A stretch of 64,000 nucleotides of DNA. Source: Tubiluchus corallicola (lineage: Eukaryota > Animalia > Priapulida). The notes beneath the pieces were generated by a model. It was not told the DNA's origin and ran no database searches. It saw only the letters and a list, made by a program, of their open reading frames with translations. Position 1 is the first letter of the stretch. The number at the start of each line of letters is the position of its first letter. A program made the translations under genes and the position numbers. Location of the stretch: positions 744,001 through 808,000 of the forward strand of contig JAQGDQ010000014.1 of assembly GCA_030141605.1 (NCBI GenBank), given 5' to 3'. Shown here one piece after another: positions 50,341 through 63,319 of this stretch.

Positions 50341-51739
50341 GTATAGAAAATAAAAATATTAAATTTATCAGAACAATCAATGACTGCTCACCTATTTCCT
50401 ATTGCAAACACTGATTGAAATTCATAGGGATATGTATTAACGTCGCTTTAAAACAATTTTGATTTTATAACAATATTATGTGACATGAAAAGTTAGAATA
50501 ACATGTTAAAGTTTTCAAATTCTCTATAAAAAGAACAATGTCCGTTTCATAAACAACCCGCTACAAATAATAATACACTTTTATTAGGACATTCTAACAT
50601 TTCTAATGCATAGATTTGTTCCGAATTTTAATTTGCTCTTTAATTCTTTTGTAGTGGCCCGTGCATACAGGGACAGACCACAGTGGGCAATTAAAAGTAG
50701 TCGCTGCTAAAGGAAACAGAGGGTATGCAGACTCTAAAGGGGGGGCTAAATATTGTGGATTCTTTTATAGTGTGACTGACAAAAAATAATCTTTTCATCT
50801 ATATCGCAAAAATCAAATTGTAACCGTTAATTAAGTAACAAAACATTAAATTTAATATACCCACTAAAAAACCAGTCGCGAAATTTACGCATTTGTAAAC
50901 AACAAAATTAGTAACAAGCAAAACTCAATCATAGAACTCTATTAAACAAATGGCGTGAAAACAAATGCAATGGCAAAAACCAAAAAAAATTATACAGTGT
51001 TCTTGACTACTTATTCTATCAGCCACCCCAAAGCGCGTATGCTAGCATAGTATCTTCTCCAGACAGGCGTAGTTCGTAATCGCAGTCATTTAGAGCGACT
51101 AAAGTATGGTTCAGACTTCATCTAATGGGCTCACAACCTCCATAATAACCGAGCAAAACGTCCGAGGGAGATATACTCTTTTCGCTAAACGCTTTAACGG
51201 AAGTTTATCAGAACGGTGACGTGTGACGGCGCTGTAGCCACACGTGCAGTGCACATACACATCGAAAATAAGTACTCCACTGGCGTCAAATAAACAATAA
51301 TGTAAACGAACGGATACATATGCTTTCCGGTTTATTGGCAAAAAGTTCCTACTCGGGCAGGACTACCGACCTGGGCACCTCTCCAACTGCACGATGGAAC
51401 CCTCACAGAATCCGAAGCGACGTTCTTCCAAAATCAGGAAAGCCATGGAAACCAACGAGTGGACATCTTCCATCATCACAAACAGATCATTTCGTTTTCA
51501 TACGTCTACTAATGGAAAACCAGGTAAAACGTAAAACGCTGTTAAGCCAACTAAAGTCAAACTGTATATATCCCCAAAACTGCGTCGATGAAATCTGTGT
51601 CACGAACGTACAGAAATCTATGCATTTGGCTTCAATCCGATTAAAATACACTAACGTTTACCCCTCCTCCGTATTTTCTTGACCTAAGTCAGAGGCTTAG
51701 CTCTTCACTGTATGGTCGTCACATTGCTCATCTATATAC

Positions 51740-52536
51740 AAACCATCTGATGTATGCTGATGATGTCTACTTATTAGCCACAACCACAACTGCACTACAA
51801 AAACTTATTGATATATATACATTGAGTATGCTATACAGCATGACATTATTATTAATGTCGAGAAGTGGCTCCGTTAGTATTGAAGGAACTTTGATAAAGC
51901 CCTCCAAACAGGAGAAATACTTAGAGCATATAATTTCTGATAATAATGCAGATGATCTTGACATTATTAGACAAAGAAGAATTTATTATACTAGGGCCAA
52001 CCAATTAATTAGACGTTTTGGCAAGTGCTCATTTGCTGTCAAGAAGTATCTTTTTAATTCCTACTGCAGTAGTTTTTATTGTATGGCTACATGGCGCCAT
52101 TACAATTTATACAATCTGGGGAAATTAAAAGTTGCTTATAACATCTCTATTAGAATTTTTTTTAAATATCATTATGACACTAGCGCTAGAAACATTACAA
52201 CAAATCTCAATATTAAATACTTCGATATAGAAAGTGTGTACTTAGTCTTTATAATAGAGTTGACATTAGTGAGAATGATGTTTATAAGCATTTAAGTAAA
52301 TGTGATGCATTTTTTTACTTCCTCCATTAGAAAGAAATGGATGGAATTTCTTTATTGTTTTCGTTAATGCCTTGTCGATGTGATTTCTATAATTTATTCA
52401 TTCATTTACTTTGTTTGTCACTAAGTCATAGTTGTAGATGTTTACAACTGTTGTATGTAAACTTTTGTCCTGAATGTATTTTTGTATATATGAAATTAGA
52501 GTTTGCAATAAAGACTTAAATCAAATCGAATCAAAT
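51740..52536 (+). mobile_element. 5'-truncated LINE fragment with a (AAATC)n tail
   Basis: MYADDVYLLA, KYLEHIISD, LFNSYCSSFY; aataaa at about 52507 followed by short tandem repeats. Confidence 0.85.
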
Positions 52537-52702
52537 CCTCCGTGAAGAACTAACATTCTAAACCTACCAAATAACATCTAGTTGATTTGGATTATAATGA
52601 TCTAGAAACAGTGTGGCGAACAGTGTGTAAAGAAAAGCTAGTGCCAAAATACGAAATTAAAGTTTACTGTTTATTTCCAAATTAAAACACTAATAATAAT
52701 TC

Positions 52703-52770
52703 ATCCTAGGTCATTACATCTTTATGTAATTCCTGATGATGACTGCTAGTGTGCAGTAGAACCATAGGAT
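52703..52770 (+). ncRNA. Degenerate hammerhead-ribozyme-like structure (type III topology)
   Basis: ATCCTAG-GTC-ATTACAT(cttt)ATGTAAT-tc-CTGATGA-tg-ACTGC(tagtgt)GCAGT-a-GAAC-CATAGGAT: three stems and the CTGATGA core are present; GAAA reads GAAC. Confidence 0.5.
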
Positions 52771-55467
52771 TTTCTTAATAAAAAAAATGTAATATTGATT
52801 TCAATTCTGTACTTTTTAATCAATGTTGCACCAGTCTTTCAGACTAATATGCTCCTTCTGCTTTTATATAGCACTTGCCAGATTACATGTTTTGACTATA
52901 TGTTACTGCGTACATTTGTTTTTGGGTGTGTAATTCCTGCTTTTCAACTTAACGTCCAGTGACTGGAATGTATGTATATCTTTTATTTGTGACAATTAAA
53001 ATTATTTTATATTACGTAAATGGTGAATTGTTTACGAAATTGCATTTACGAAGTAAGCAACAAATTGTGTGTCAATGCGTATACTATTTCCTTTACGCTT
53101 TAGTAGAGTTTTTTGTTTTTCAAGCACTAATTACACTGAAATCACATACCTGTATGTAGTAATGGTAGTCCACAAACTCCACAACTGTATATAATGCGGA
53201 ATGCAAGCCTAGTGAAACAGTATTTGCGCAGCTTTCAATAAAAATCCAAATAACAGCAAGTTGAACAACTTTCAGCTTCGCCCGCTGTCCAGATAACACC
53301 TGCGTCTTACAGTGAAGCAGAATTCATCAGCTTCCTATAGATAATTCAGATGCCGCGCATGCGCACTTATCACGAATCTTTTTAATTGAATGTAAGCGGT
53401 TTAATCATAATGTTGAGTAGAAGTGTTAGCACGCGAATAAAGCAATGCAAAAATAGTTCCATTACTTTAATAAGAGAAGCCAGTAGGTAGTACCTGATCA
53501 AACAAACACAAAGTCAGCTGTTGCCTGTGTGCACGTTTTTTTTGTTATTACACTGTAAAGAGAATTGTTGGGATTAATAATATTATAACTACTGCCGTTG
53601 TTGTTACCGCCACTGCTGTTGCTCTGCTACTATCACCATTATTACTGTACTGTACTACTACTACTGGTGTTGTTGTTGCTGCTGCTAATGTTCTGCAATA
53701 TTATATTAATACTATATTACTAGTAGTGCAACTATTATTATTTCTATTGTATTACCACTGTTTGAAATCCTCCCACCTCATCGCATCAAATCACCTATGT
53801 TCAGAATGTTAGCGGTCTCAGTCAAAACTTGCATAATCGGGTTTACGATGAGAGTCAGATATTCCTGTAAGCATCTCTGCCCATTTGCGCAATGAAGGTT
53901 GGTGTGTAATCATGAGTTATGAGGCTTAGCTAACGAAATTAATGTAATCAAAAGAAAACTGAATTATTGGCTACTTTTAGTGATCTGTGTAAATACAAGA
54001 GTCATTATAAAAGCGCACTACCAGATTGTTTTAGTTTTTAATGTAATTCAGTTCAACTGTCTATTTAATGTTCATTAATTTTTAAATGTTTAAATTTATG
54101 ACACGTTCTCTTAATTATCTTTTCTGCTGTTTTGTGCTAATAATGGGAATAAATAGCACACTTATTTTACTGAGTGGGCTTAGATTCTTACTTACAATTC
54201 AGTTGTGTATCATGGCTAATATTATGTACCATAGTAACAATTTTATGTTTTGTATTTGTATACTGAAGAAGCCTCCGCTTGCTATCAAATAATAATTAAA
54301 GTAGAGACATTTTTGTTGTATTTTTGAAATCTATTTGCTACTTTGTTTAATTGCAATGTTTGTCAACTTGTTTGTCTCCTTGTTCATTTAAATGTTCACT
54401 CATTCACTCTCTCATTCAAAGTATTATTCTTTCACTTAGTTTATTACTCCTAGCATCCGACCATCCATTTGTTTGTCAACTCATTCGTCTATTTGTTTCT
54501 TTGCTTATTTATTGAATATTCTATCTATCATAGCAAATAAAAACTTACATAACTCTGACGAAATCTAATTGTAACAATAACGGGCTGTTTTTACCAACAG
54601 AAGCTCATCAAGCTTGAACCATTGCTCTGAAAATGGGAATTCATCATAAAATCATTTGGAAAATATTACTGCCTTCGTTTATTTTCAAGATTTTTTTGCA
54701 TAAAAAACAATTTTCGAAGCATATTTAGTAGTTTGCTATAAACGACTGTAAACAATAAACTTAATGATATTAAAATTTCAATTACTATATTATTGTTAAT
54801 GTAAATAAAAATAGAACATTTAATAATAAATATTAACAAAATGAATAGATAAAAAATAAGTAAAAATAATAGTGTACACGGAATAATAAAAACGTTTTCT
54901 CTAAGTTTCAACAACGTACTAATGTCATAATAGAAAATGTATACTGAGACAAAATTTTATCCCGTATGAGTTGACAGGGATAATTACGACATAAAGGAAT
55001 TTATAAATCTACTAAAACAGATTTTTAAATTGATTGTCTGTTTTTTAGTTCCATTTAAAAGTACTGCAGGGCGTGAAATAAATTAATCTGTACATACGAA
55101 TTTAAATTGGGTGAAAAACCACGAGATACCAAATCCTAAAACTAAAGCCAGAAGTTAAATAAAATTTTGCTTATGTGAACAAAACACAATTTGATTTAAC
55201 TGCTTCCATTATAATGTATATCAACTAATGAACTTGTTTTACTAAGCAGTTTGGTGATAAAATAAAAGAAAGCTGGTTTTAGAACATTAGATTGTTCAGA
55301 GATCAAATACTTTAGATTGTGACAGATCACATTAAGCAATCATTAAGCATATTCTGGATTTGAGTGGTTTCACAGCAATTTGTGCTAATAAAAACGTAGT
55401 TCCTGCACGTACATTTAAAAAAGAAATTCTGAAAAGAATTACTACTGCCATTGTATTCAAATGTTGT

Positions 55468-55567
55468 TTAAAACCTGAACTGTGGCCCGGTCTTCAGTGC
55501 CCATCTAAATCTCTCCTGCTGAGTTTTATTGTAAATCTTGTCTATAGGCACACCGTATCTTTTGCAC
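55468..55567 (-). CDS. TOP1: DNA topoisomerase I (type IB), last exon
   Basis: tgcag|, phase 2; [32 protein letters not shown]. Confidence 0.92.
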
Positions 55568-56618
55568 CTGCAACAGAAAAATGAAGCACAGATCTGTGTC
55601 AGTTCACTAAAGGAAAAAGGCTGATTTTTCATCACATAGCATTTTGAAGTACGGTAAAAAGTATACATTTTAACACCAATAATAATACCAAAGCATTTCT
55701 CGTAATTAAATAACAGGGGCTTAAAAACTTAACAGCCAGGGAGCCCAGCTAGTGATGACATCACAAATGAACATTATTTTCAACAGCACAAACATTCTTT
55801 TAACGTGTTGCACATGTTTGCTAAAACGAAAATTGAAGTACAGTGCTACTATACAACATATAGTGTGATATACAAAAGCTCGCGACAAATTTTTAGTTTA
55901 GAATTCAAATTTCAAGTTTACCATTGTGCTTAGGCATGAGCTCTCAAACGTGTGTACTACATCACAACCAAACATTTCTGAACTGAGAAGTACAGCACCT
56001 GTTTTTTGTGCAATGCATTTCCGAACTGTCTAACTAGCTAATGGCGAAATACATGTAACAGCGAAAACTAGCCGCGCGAAAGTGTAATTATATTTCTTTG
56101 GTAATAATTTTTTCACCTAAGTCATTCTTAAAAAACTGCATATTCCCTTTCAATATTTTATGGAGTAGGTTGTTTTGAGCTAGGGTTTTTAAGATTGAGT
56201 CCGGCTTTCCTTTAACTGAAATTGATTAATAACACTAATTGGGACTTTTATTTAGCTAATACTGGATCAAACAAACACGTTTTTAACTCAGGCAACAAGC
56301 TTTCAGTGACAATTTAACAATGTGCTGCCATCTACAGACACGAATAAACGCAAAAACAAATGATATAATTTCTTTTACTAAAACAACTGAGCTCCGATCA
56401 ACAGAAAAGTGTTAGAACTTAGGAAACAAACTAGAAAAGGAACAAAGGCAATTGGCCGTTGACGTTTTATATTTACAAACCGCTGTCTGAGGTGTCAATA
56501 CTTTTGCCAAAAACGCTTAAATTAGTTCTGACAGTGAAACATAAATGTAGATAATCGTAATTTAGAAACTTTTCCAAAAAATACAAATAATTTACAAAGT
56601 AAATAGAAGTAAACTTAC

Positions 56619-56747
56619 CAGGCAACAGATATGCGTGGATCTAAGTAATTCAGTTTAGCTGTTCCTAAAGCAATAAGTTTGTTCTCGCGTTTGTTTGTTG
56701 CTTGAACCTGCAGTTTAACTAACTGCTCCTGCAAACGCTTCAAACGC
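56619..56747 (-). CDS. TOP1: DNA topoisomerase I, exon with catalytic tyrosine
   Basis: [43 protein letters not shown]; phase 2/2, canonical splice sites. Confidence 0.93.
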
Positions 56748-57235
56748 CTAGAAAAAATAGCAGCAAAAACACTAACAAAAGTATTAAAACTAACTCATGT
56801 TCTGTGCCAACATGACCAACAACAATAAAGACAAGCCAATGAATTTGGTACAGAAACAACAAACAAGTTTATCTACAATGCTGGTGGTATGACCAAATTC
56901 TATAGGTAGTAGTAGTGGTTACCTTGCACCAAGAAAGCGGAGATGAGAATTCAACTAAATGTATTTCGTTGATACCTAAAAACTATTGAAATGCAGCAAA
57001 AATATCAATAGTTGTTGCCATTTGATAATAGTTGATAATATCCAATATCAAAAACGCCTTTTAATTAAATGTTCATTTAATTTAATGTATGCTATCAATG
57101 TGTAATTTTTATTTGTTTAATTTAAAATAATCTATTTGATGTACTACTCATGGACCAGAATGGAAATATTGTATATATTATATGAAATTTTTCCATGAAA
57201 AAAATAAATTTTTATTCTAGTCTATTCCTCATTAC

Positions 57236-57318
57236 CTTGTTGCTAAAATTTTGCTTTCCATTTTTACATTCTTAGCATCCTTTGCTGCTTTGACAATGTC
57301 AGCTTTTTTCTTTCTGAT
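57236..57318 (-). CDS. TOP1: DNA topoisomerase I, linker exon
   Basis: IRKKKADIVKAAKDAKNVKMESKILAT(R); phase 0/2; ttttag| and |gtaatg. Confidence 0.85.
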
Positions 57319-57665
57319 CTAAAATGAAATAACATAGTAATTAAATAAGTTAACCTTTATTATAAATTACATGTTAACTTTATTTTGATAAAATAATGAT
57401 GAAATCATGATGCAATTACATGTTTGCACTGATACGCTACGGGAAATACACAGATTTGATCAAGAACTGTAAATTTCAGTCACTGGTATTATTTGACTGT
57501 TCAAAAGTGTGCACGCAGTAACAATATGAACTGCTAAATTGCAACTTTCAATTATTCCTAATACAACATAATATCTTCACTTATTAAGATCTTCAAACAA
57601 AGACTATTGAAAATAATTTTAACAACAAAGCTCATAAACAGTATTTATCAAGCGTACAAAAATAT

Positions 57666-57999
57666 TGTAATGGATCCGAGTTCCAGCGCGGATCCGTCTC
57701 AGGATGTATAGAGCATACAAGTTATGAAATACTACAGCAGACGAGAAAAGTAAAAAGATCCGGAATACGAATGTAAAATAAACTTTAATGCATAACCAGT
57801 AGCTCTGTGACATGTGAACAGACTTCTGCATAGAAATTAGCAAGCCTATAGCATTCACCTTCGCAGACAGAAAGGCCAGGTTGGAGTCGTCAAATTACGG
57901 CATGCATTCTGTTTTATACAGGTACATTTGCATTACTGGGCTTCTCAACCATACCCATTACTATCATTAGGGGGTTGGTCAAAATCTGCCTTCGTAACA
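57666..57999 (-). mobile_element. Solo LTR in a TOP1 intron, ATAT target-site duplication
   Basis: Homologous to 21033-21368; TG...CA ends; atat flanks. Confidence 0.85.
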
Positions 58000-58743
58000 A
58001 TATAAATGCTGACGATTGGAAATCCTATCTTGTTAAATACTGTCATCATTTTAATCTAAAATATGCAGTTCACATCTGCAAAATTTGAACCAACATCTGA
58101 ATCGTCAAAAAGGCAAATCATCATCATCATCATCACCATCATCATCATCATATTAGTAATACTGGCATTCATGAAAAAGCACAAAAGAATGGAAACAAAT
58201 TCTGAATTTTTAACATAGCACAACGGGAAGCAATGATATTCGGATAAGGAAAGCAACCTGCATACATTGCACGTTAGTTATTCAGAATTTTATGCTTTTG
58301 AATACTTTAACAAGTCTAAAGTATTTAGTCCAAGTTCCCTTAAAAATGTCTTTTTAAAGGAAGTTAAGCCAACACGTAACAAATTTTGTAATTTTTAAAT
58401 TCTTACAAATTAATTAAAACTTGAATATTATTCAACCTAGGTAAAAGCAAATTTGCTTGTATTAAAGCATTCGTAACTTTAGCCTGTTCTAAAAAAGCTT
58501 CACTATATCAAATTAAAATATCAACTTTCTAACAGAAAAACGACATTAATTATGAATTACTTTGTAATTTTTAGCATTTACTGAAGAACTTATGCCACGG
58601 AAAAGCAGAAAGGATTAGTTCAACAGATGGCGACACAAGTTTTCTAACAAATTAGTATTGTACAGAGGCAATTTTCGAAAAAGCATCTGTTTCCATCTAC
58701 TGACGAAAAAAGAAAACGTTATAAACGTGTCCTCTTTTATTAC

Positions 58744-58874
58744 CTTGGTGTCCAGTCTTTTTATTTGTGAACCATGAGATTTTGGCACAGCACGTTGATG
58801 ATTGCACAGAACAGCCACGGCTCGGTTGGCTCTATTGTACGCCAGAATTTTTTTCGCAAAATTTTCACTTTTCT
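58744..58874 (-). CDS. TOP1: DNA topoisomerase I, exon with catalytic His
   Basis: [43 protein letters not shown]; phase 1/0. Confidence 0.92.
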
Positions 58875-59145
58875 CTGGAAATGGAAGATTTTCCATTAAA
58901 AGTGCAAGAAGACAGCAGAAATAAATCACTAATGATAGTTGCAATAACAGGCCCCGTATAAATTAACAATCAATAAGTTCTGTAACATTAAGCTTCCTAT
59001 CTATATCAACTTGGAATGATGAATTAAATTGTCAAGACAAGCTATTGCTCCTGTAATGTCACATACGTTACAAACTATTTATATTTTCTTGTAAATTTTT
59101 AACAGTTACAGCAATTCCAAATTGAAAGTATGTAAGTGTCCATAC

Positions 59146-59260
59146 TTCCCGATAATTTTCGTAACTGATTTTCCAAAGTTTTTGAAGCGTTGCACGTACG
59201 AAACACCTTAGCAGTCAAATTCTTCATCAGCGTCTGCAAGTACTTGTTCACTATTGTAGT
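59146..59260 (-). CDS. TOP1: DNA topoisomerase I, exon with the second catalytic Arg
   Basis: [38 protein letters not shown]; phase 0/1. Confidence 0.92.
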
Positions 59261-59534
59261 CTAAAACAGCAACAATTAAATCTTGAAAAACCAAAAACGA
59301 TTGCAGCGACCGCAGATATCGCCCAAAATTTAGCAACAACTAGGACCCTGGGACCTTGTGTACTATATTCTAGTATTTCCGTATTGTAAGATTAGAATAT
59401 TGCAAATGTGGTCAAAAGTGCAGAAAACCTAGCTGCATGAAAAACTGTTCACTAAGTGGCAGGTAAATCATTGTTTCAACGTTTGTTATTTGTTGTGACA
59501 TAGTAACTTACTATGTTTCGACATGGTAACTTAC

Positions 59535-60558
59535 ATTGAGTTTGTCGAACAGCTTGTCCCCTCGTCTCTTTCCTTTCTTAAAGTCCTGAAGGTTTTTAAA
59601 GACCTGCATCTCTACGCGAATGCTATTCTTATAGCGAATGCAGTCTTTGCCGGGAAAGTCTAGTGTCACTTTATTGGGTCTGCTCAGCTTGACATGCTCC
59701 ATTCTCAGAGAGCAGCACCCCACTGTATCGGCACTCTTACCGGCGATTTTCTCGGTCCCAGCCCGTAGGGCCAACTTGTCGATGAAGTACACAGCCACAC
59801 TTTGCTGCCTCTTTCTTAGGTCTTTACTTTTCCAGTCTTTTTTGTAGGTGGTTCGTACTTTGCTAATGCGTAGTGCAAGGGACCGAGCTATTTTGTACTT
59901 CTGCTGATCACTTCTTACTTTTACTCTAGAACTTGCACTGAGAGTGACATATTTTGTTTGTCCAAGAACACTGTCCTTCCACATTGCCAACCACGTTACT
60001 GCCCTGTCGTGTTTGATAGCCTTCCAGTGATGTCCTTGTGGCGCTCTTGGAACGATGGAGCCACAGTTGATGGTGACGTCTTCGGGTTCTACACGCTTCT
60101 TCACCTTGCCCATTCTTGGATGGTTCCCACGTCCCAGAAACAATCCCGGTGGTTCAATGCGAAAATTTCCAACTTTCTGCTTGCGCCCGTCAACGATACA
60201 ATATCCATAACATTCTTTGAGTTTGTTCTTCATTTCTGCTGCCAGTGTATTATTGTCATTTCTAGTCTTATGCAGATAGCTATACAGTTCTGTAAAATTG
60301 CATTTCCCTAACTGAGTTATGTGCTTCCGTTCTCTTGCACTCATCACCTTACGCCAGTCATTGAAAAAGTTTTTCCTAAATCTCGCTTTTTTGCAGTTAG
60401 CATGCCTAATGAATCGAGCATAAAATCCCGCAACCTCTTCCGAATTTTTGCTGAGTTTAACAGGCTTCCCGTTGTAACGAAACTTTATATTGCTCGGCAG
60501 ACGTTTGTAAGGTGGTGCGAACAAAGGACCATTGTGCTTTAAAGACGCCCACTTATGC
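59535..60558 (-). CDS. TOP1: DNA topoisomerase I, 1024-nt core-domain exon
   Basis: KWASLKHNGPLFAPPY, NFRIEPPGLFLGRGNHP, YFIDKLALRAG, ADTVGCCSLR, DFPGKDCIRY, KLFDKLN|gtaagt; acceptor ttgcag| at 60559. Upstream coding exon(s) not resolved. Confidence 0.95.
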
Positions 60559-61470
60559 CTGCAACCACATACAGACAATGATACAATACCTCTATCTGTT
60601 TATAGTCGACCAATAAACTTCGCGAATGAGAAAGGGCAGTAGCGCAGTTTCTATGATTATTTTTCAAATAATTGCCCTAATGGTTTGAGTTCAATATTTA
60701 CTATATTTAATATTGCTCACTTCGACAGATTTTGAAAGTTCCCTTTATTCACTCAAATACCTGCATGTCAATCGACAGTAATTTTACGCATTATCATGTC
60801 TTAAAATGACTTCACAAATGATGAAATCTAAATTTGTACATTTGTATTACCCATCAAAATCATGCAAATCTTACCGCATAGTCAATGACCCGGTCCCGTG
60901 TTCCACTTAATTTCATTTTGTACATTCCTATGTCAACAAAAACACTTTATACGTGTATTTACTACTCAGTGCTGAAAAGTTTCAACTTGATAACGTTTTA
61001 ATGATTTTTAGTTACTTCTACTCCTATACTGCTGTTAGCCTAGCAGACGACACTGACTTTTCATCTTTCGTCGAGTCTCTACAAGTGGGAAATCTTTCAA
61101 ATCTTTCAAATCGGCAAGATTTGATTTCGGCTTGTATGGTCAGTGCAACTTACCAAGGAAACAGGGACTAATTGTATACGTTGTAAGAGCATTCTCTACC
61201 AGAAAGCGAATTAGAATCGAATTTGTGACTTTTGAACTCGAATGAAATCTAGTTCGAGTTCAGTTTTGAAAGATTTTTAATCATTAATCGATGATAACGT
61301 GATATTAAGATCAAACACGATAATATTTTAGAGGTATTTTTGTTCTTTTTCTTTCACTTACTGATAGGAAAGAATACGCCACGGGATTATATGTCGTCTG
61401 GATAACATTATTTTTAAGGAGTTACAAAAAATTTACTTTTCAGATTGCGTGCATGCACACACAAACACAC

Positions 61471-61471
61471 C

Positions 61472-61555
<84 letters not shown>
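61471..61555. repeat. (CT)n(CA)n microsatellite
   Basis: Direct reading. Confidence 0.95.
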
Positions 61556-61556
<1 letters not shown>

Positions 61557-62294
61557 TCACTAGCAACTATATAACTAAATGACTACAAATTAGGCACTGT
61601 TCTATTCAGGAAAATCTCAGTTTTCCTGTCATTTGCTATTTGCATCAACATTTATAAGTGATTTAATTGGATAAAATTAAGAAAAATTGAGGCACTCCAA
61701 CATAGACTATTGGGTAACTTAGTCTCGTACACACTTGTGTGATCGCACACACTATTTTGTTGATCGATTGCTTGCTACAGCCCAAGAGATTAAAGAGAAC
61801 TGCCTGCTGTACAAAGCTCCAGGAAAAGCCATCCGATCAGTCAAGGAGAAACTAAGGTCGTTTCATCTTTTAATAGAAATTTCTCCATAAAAATAGAGTA
61901 GGTGTGAGGACAAAGCGTATCAGAGTGTTGCATCTGAATAGTCAAAATTTTCTGCATTAGTCGACATCACATAAGTCACATAAGACACACACAGATACTG
62001 CACTTTGTCACGGTGCAAGCACTTCAGTTACTGAAAGCTTTTTTCAATTTTTTCTTCAAAAATCGATTTTTAATTTGTCTAAGGTAAGCAAATGCATTTC
62101 GTGTATAATTTTGCGTGAATGCCTATGCAGTGTGTGGGGAGTAGAAACCTACAAAAATTATCAAATATAGCGTAATGCATTGAATATTGGTGTGAAGAAT
62201 GGCTATTGGAGCTTTAAAAAAAGCAGAGCCATCTTTTGCTTATACGTCCTAAGAGTCAAACTCCATAATATGGACCGATTAATAATAAATCATC

Positions 62295-62850
62295 TCTTAC
62301 AGATCTTGGTATCACAATAACGAATGATTTAAAGTGGAATGTCCACATTAGCAATAGCATATTTTCACAAGTGAATCAATGCATAGGCATGATCAAACAT
62401 CGTATTACATCCAGGAAAGCCTCGGTACTCATGCCACTTTACAAAGCTGTTATATGTCCAGTTCTTGAGTATGTTTCAGTAGTCTGGTCACCGCAGTACT
62501 CCACTCTGTGTACTCCAAAGCATCTTTGGAAAAGCACAAAATTTAGACTAGCTGAAGACGTTGATCTTTCCATGGTATCCATTCTCGAAGAATGGAGAGA
62601 GATACCATTGGCCTCATCATAATCAATAAAACATCCATCCTATAGGAAGATGACTTTTTCCATGCCCCTTTTTCACAAATCAATATTGAATCACACTTTT
62701 TTGCCTTCTGCATCATCGACACTTGGAACAAATCACCAATGGCAACCATTCAAGCACCATCTGACAATAATTTTAAATCGTGTTTTAGAAGGGACTGTAA
62801 CCGAGTTCAACTCTATGGTCCCTATGACTTTGAAAGGTAAATAAAAGGTC
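62295..62850 (+). mobile_element. Decayed CR1-type LINE 3' fragment
   Basis: DLGITITNDLKWNVHI...LYKAVICPVLEYVSVVWSP; aataaa at about 62840. Confidence 0.8.
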
Positions 62851-63319
62851 ATACCGAATCTATGTCATTTTTGAAAATAATTTCAATAAGTAATTTTGAA
62901 AATAATAATAATTCACTGGCAGGGACATCATGCTTTTTATTTAGCATCACAGTAATACAAGTTTACTAAAATTCTTGTTTGCCTGAAACTCTTAATTGTT
63001 TGTCTGAAATGATGACAGTCAGTGACATATTAATTTCAGTAAAGTTCATCAGATCGTAATTAAATTTTCGTTTTTGTGTTTTGTGTAGACTTACCATTAA
63101 TTATTCGTTAATTATTACTGATATATTTTTCCTTTTTAAGTGTTTGTATAAATTATATATATATATGTTGTTCTCGGTTATCGTGAATGGACTCAAAATA
63201 AACTCAAAATGAATTAGTGCTCAAATTACCTTTTGAGAAAGAAAGATATTTGCTATTGATTGGTCGAAAGTCATATTTTGCGATTTCTGTTTATAATGTG
63301 TTATTTATAATTTGTTTAT

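Noticed and set aside
53355-53365. NRF1/EWG-type site GCGCATGCGCA as a promoter
   Set aside because: A single motif with no gene start I can assign to it.
60559-60578. TTG start for TOP1 as given in the ORF track
   Set aside because: Eukaryotic gene; this segment is the intron acceptor region (ttgcag).
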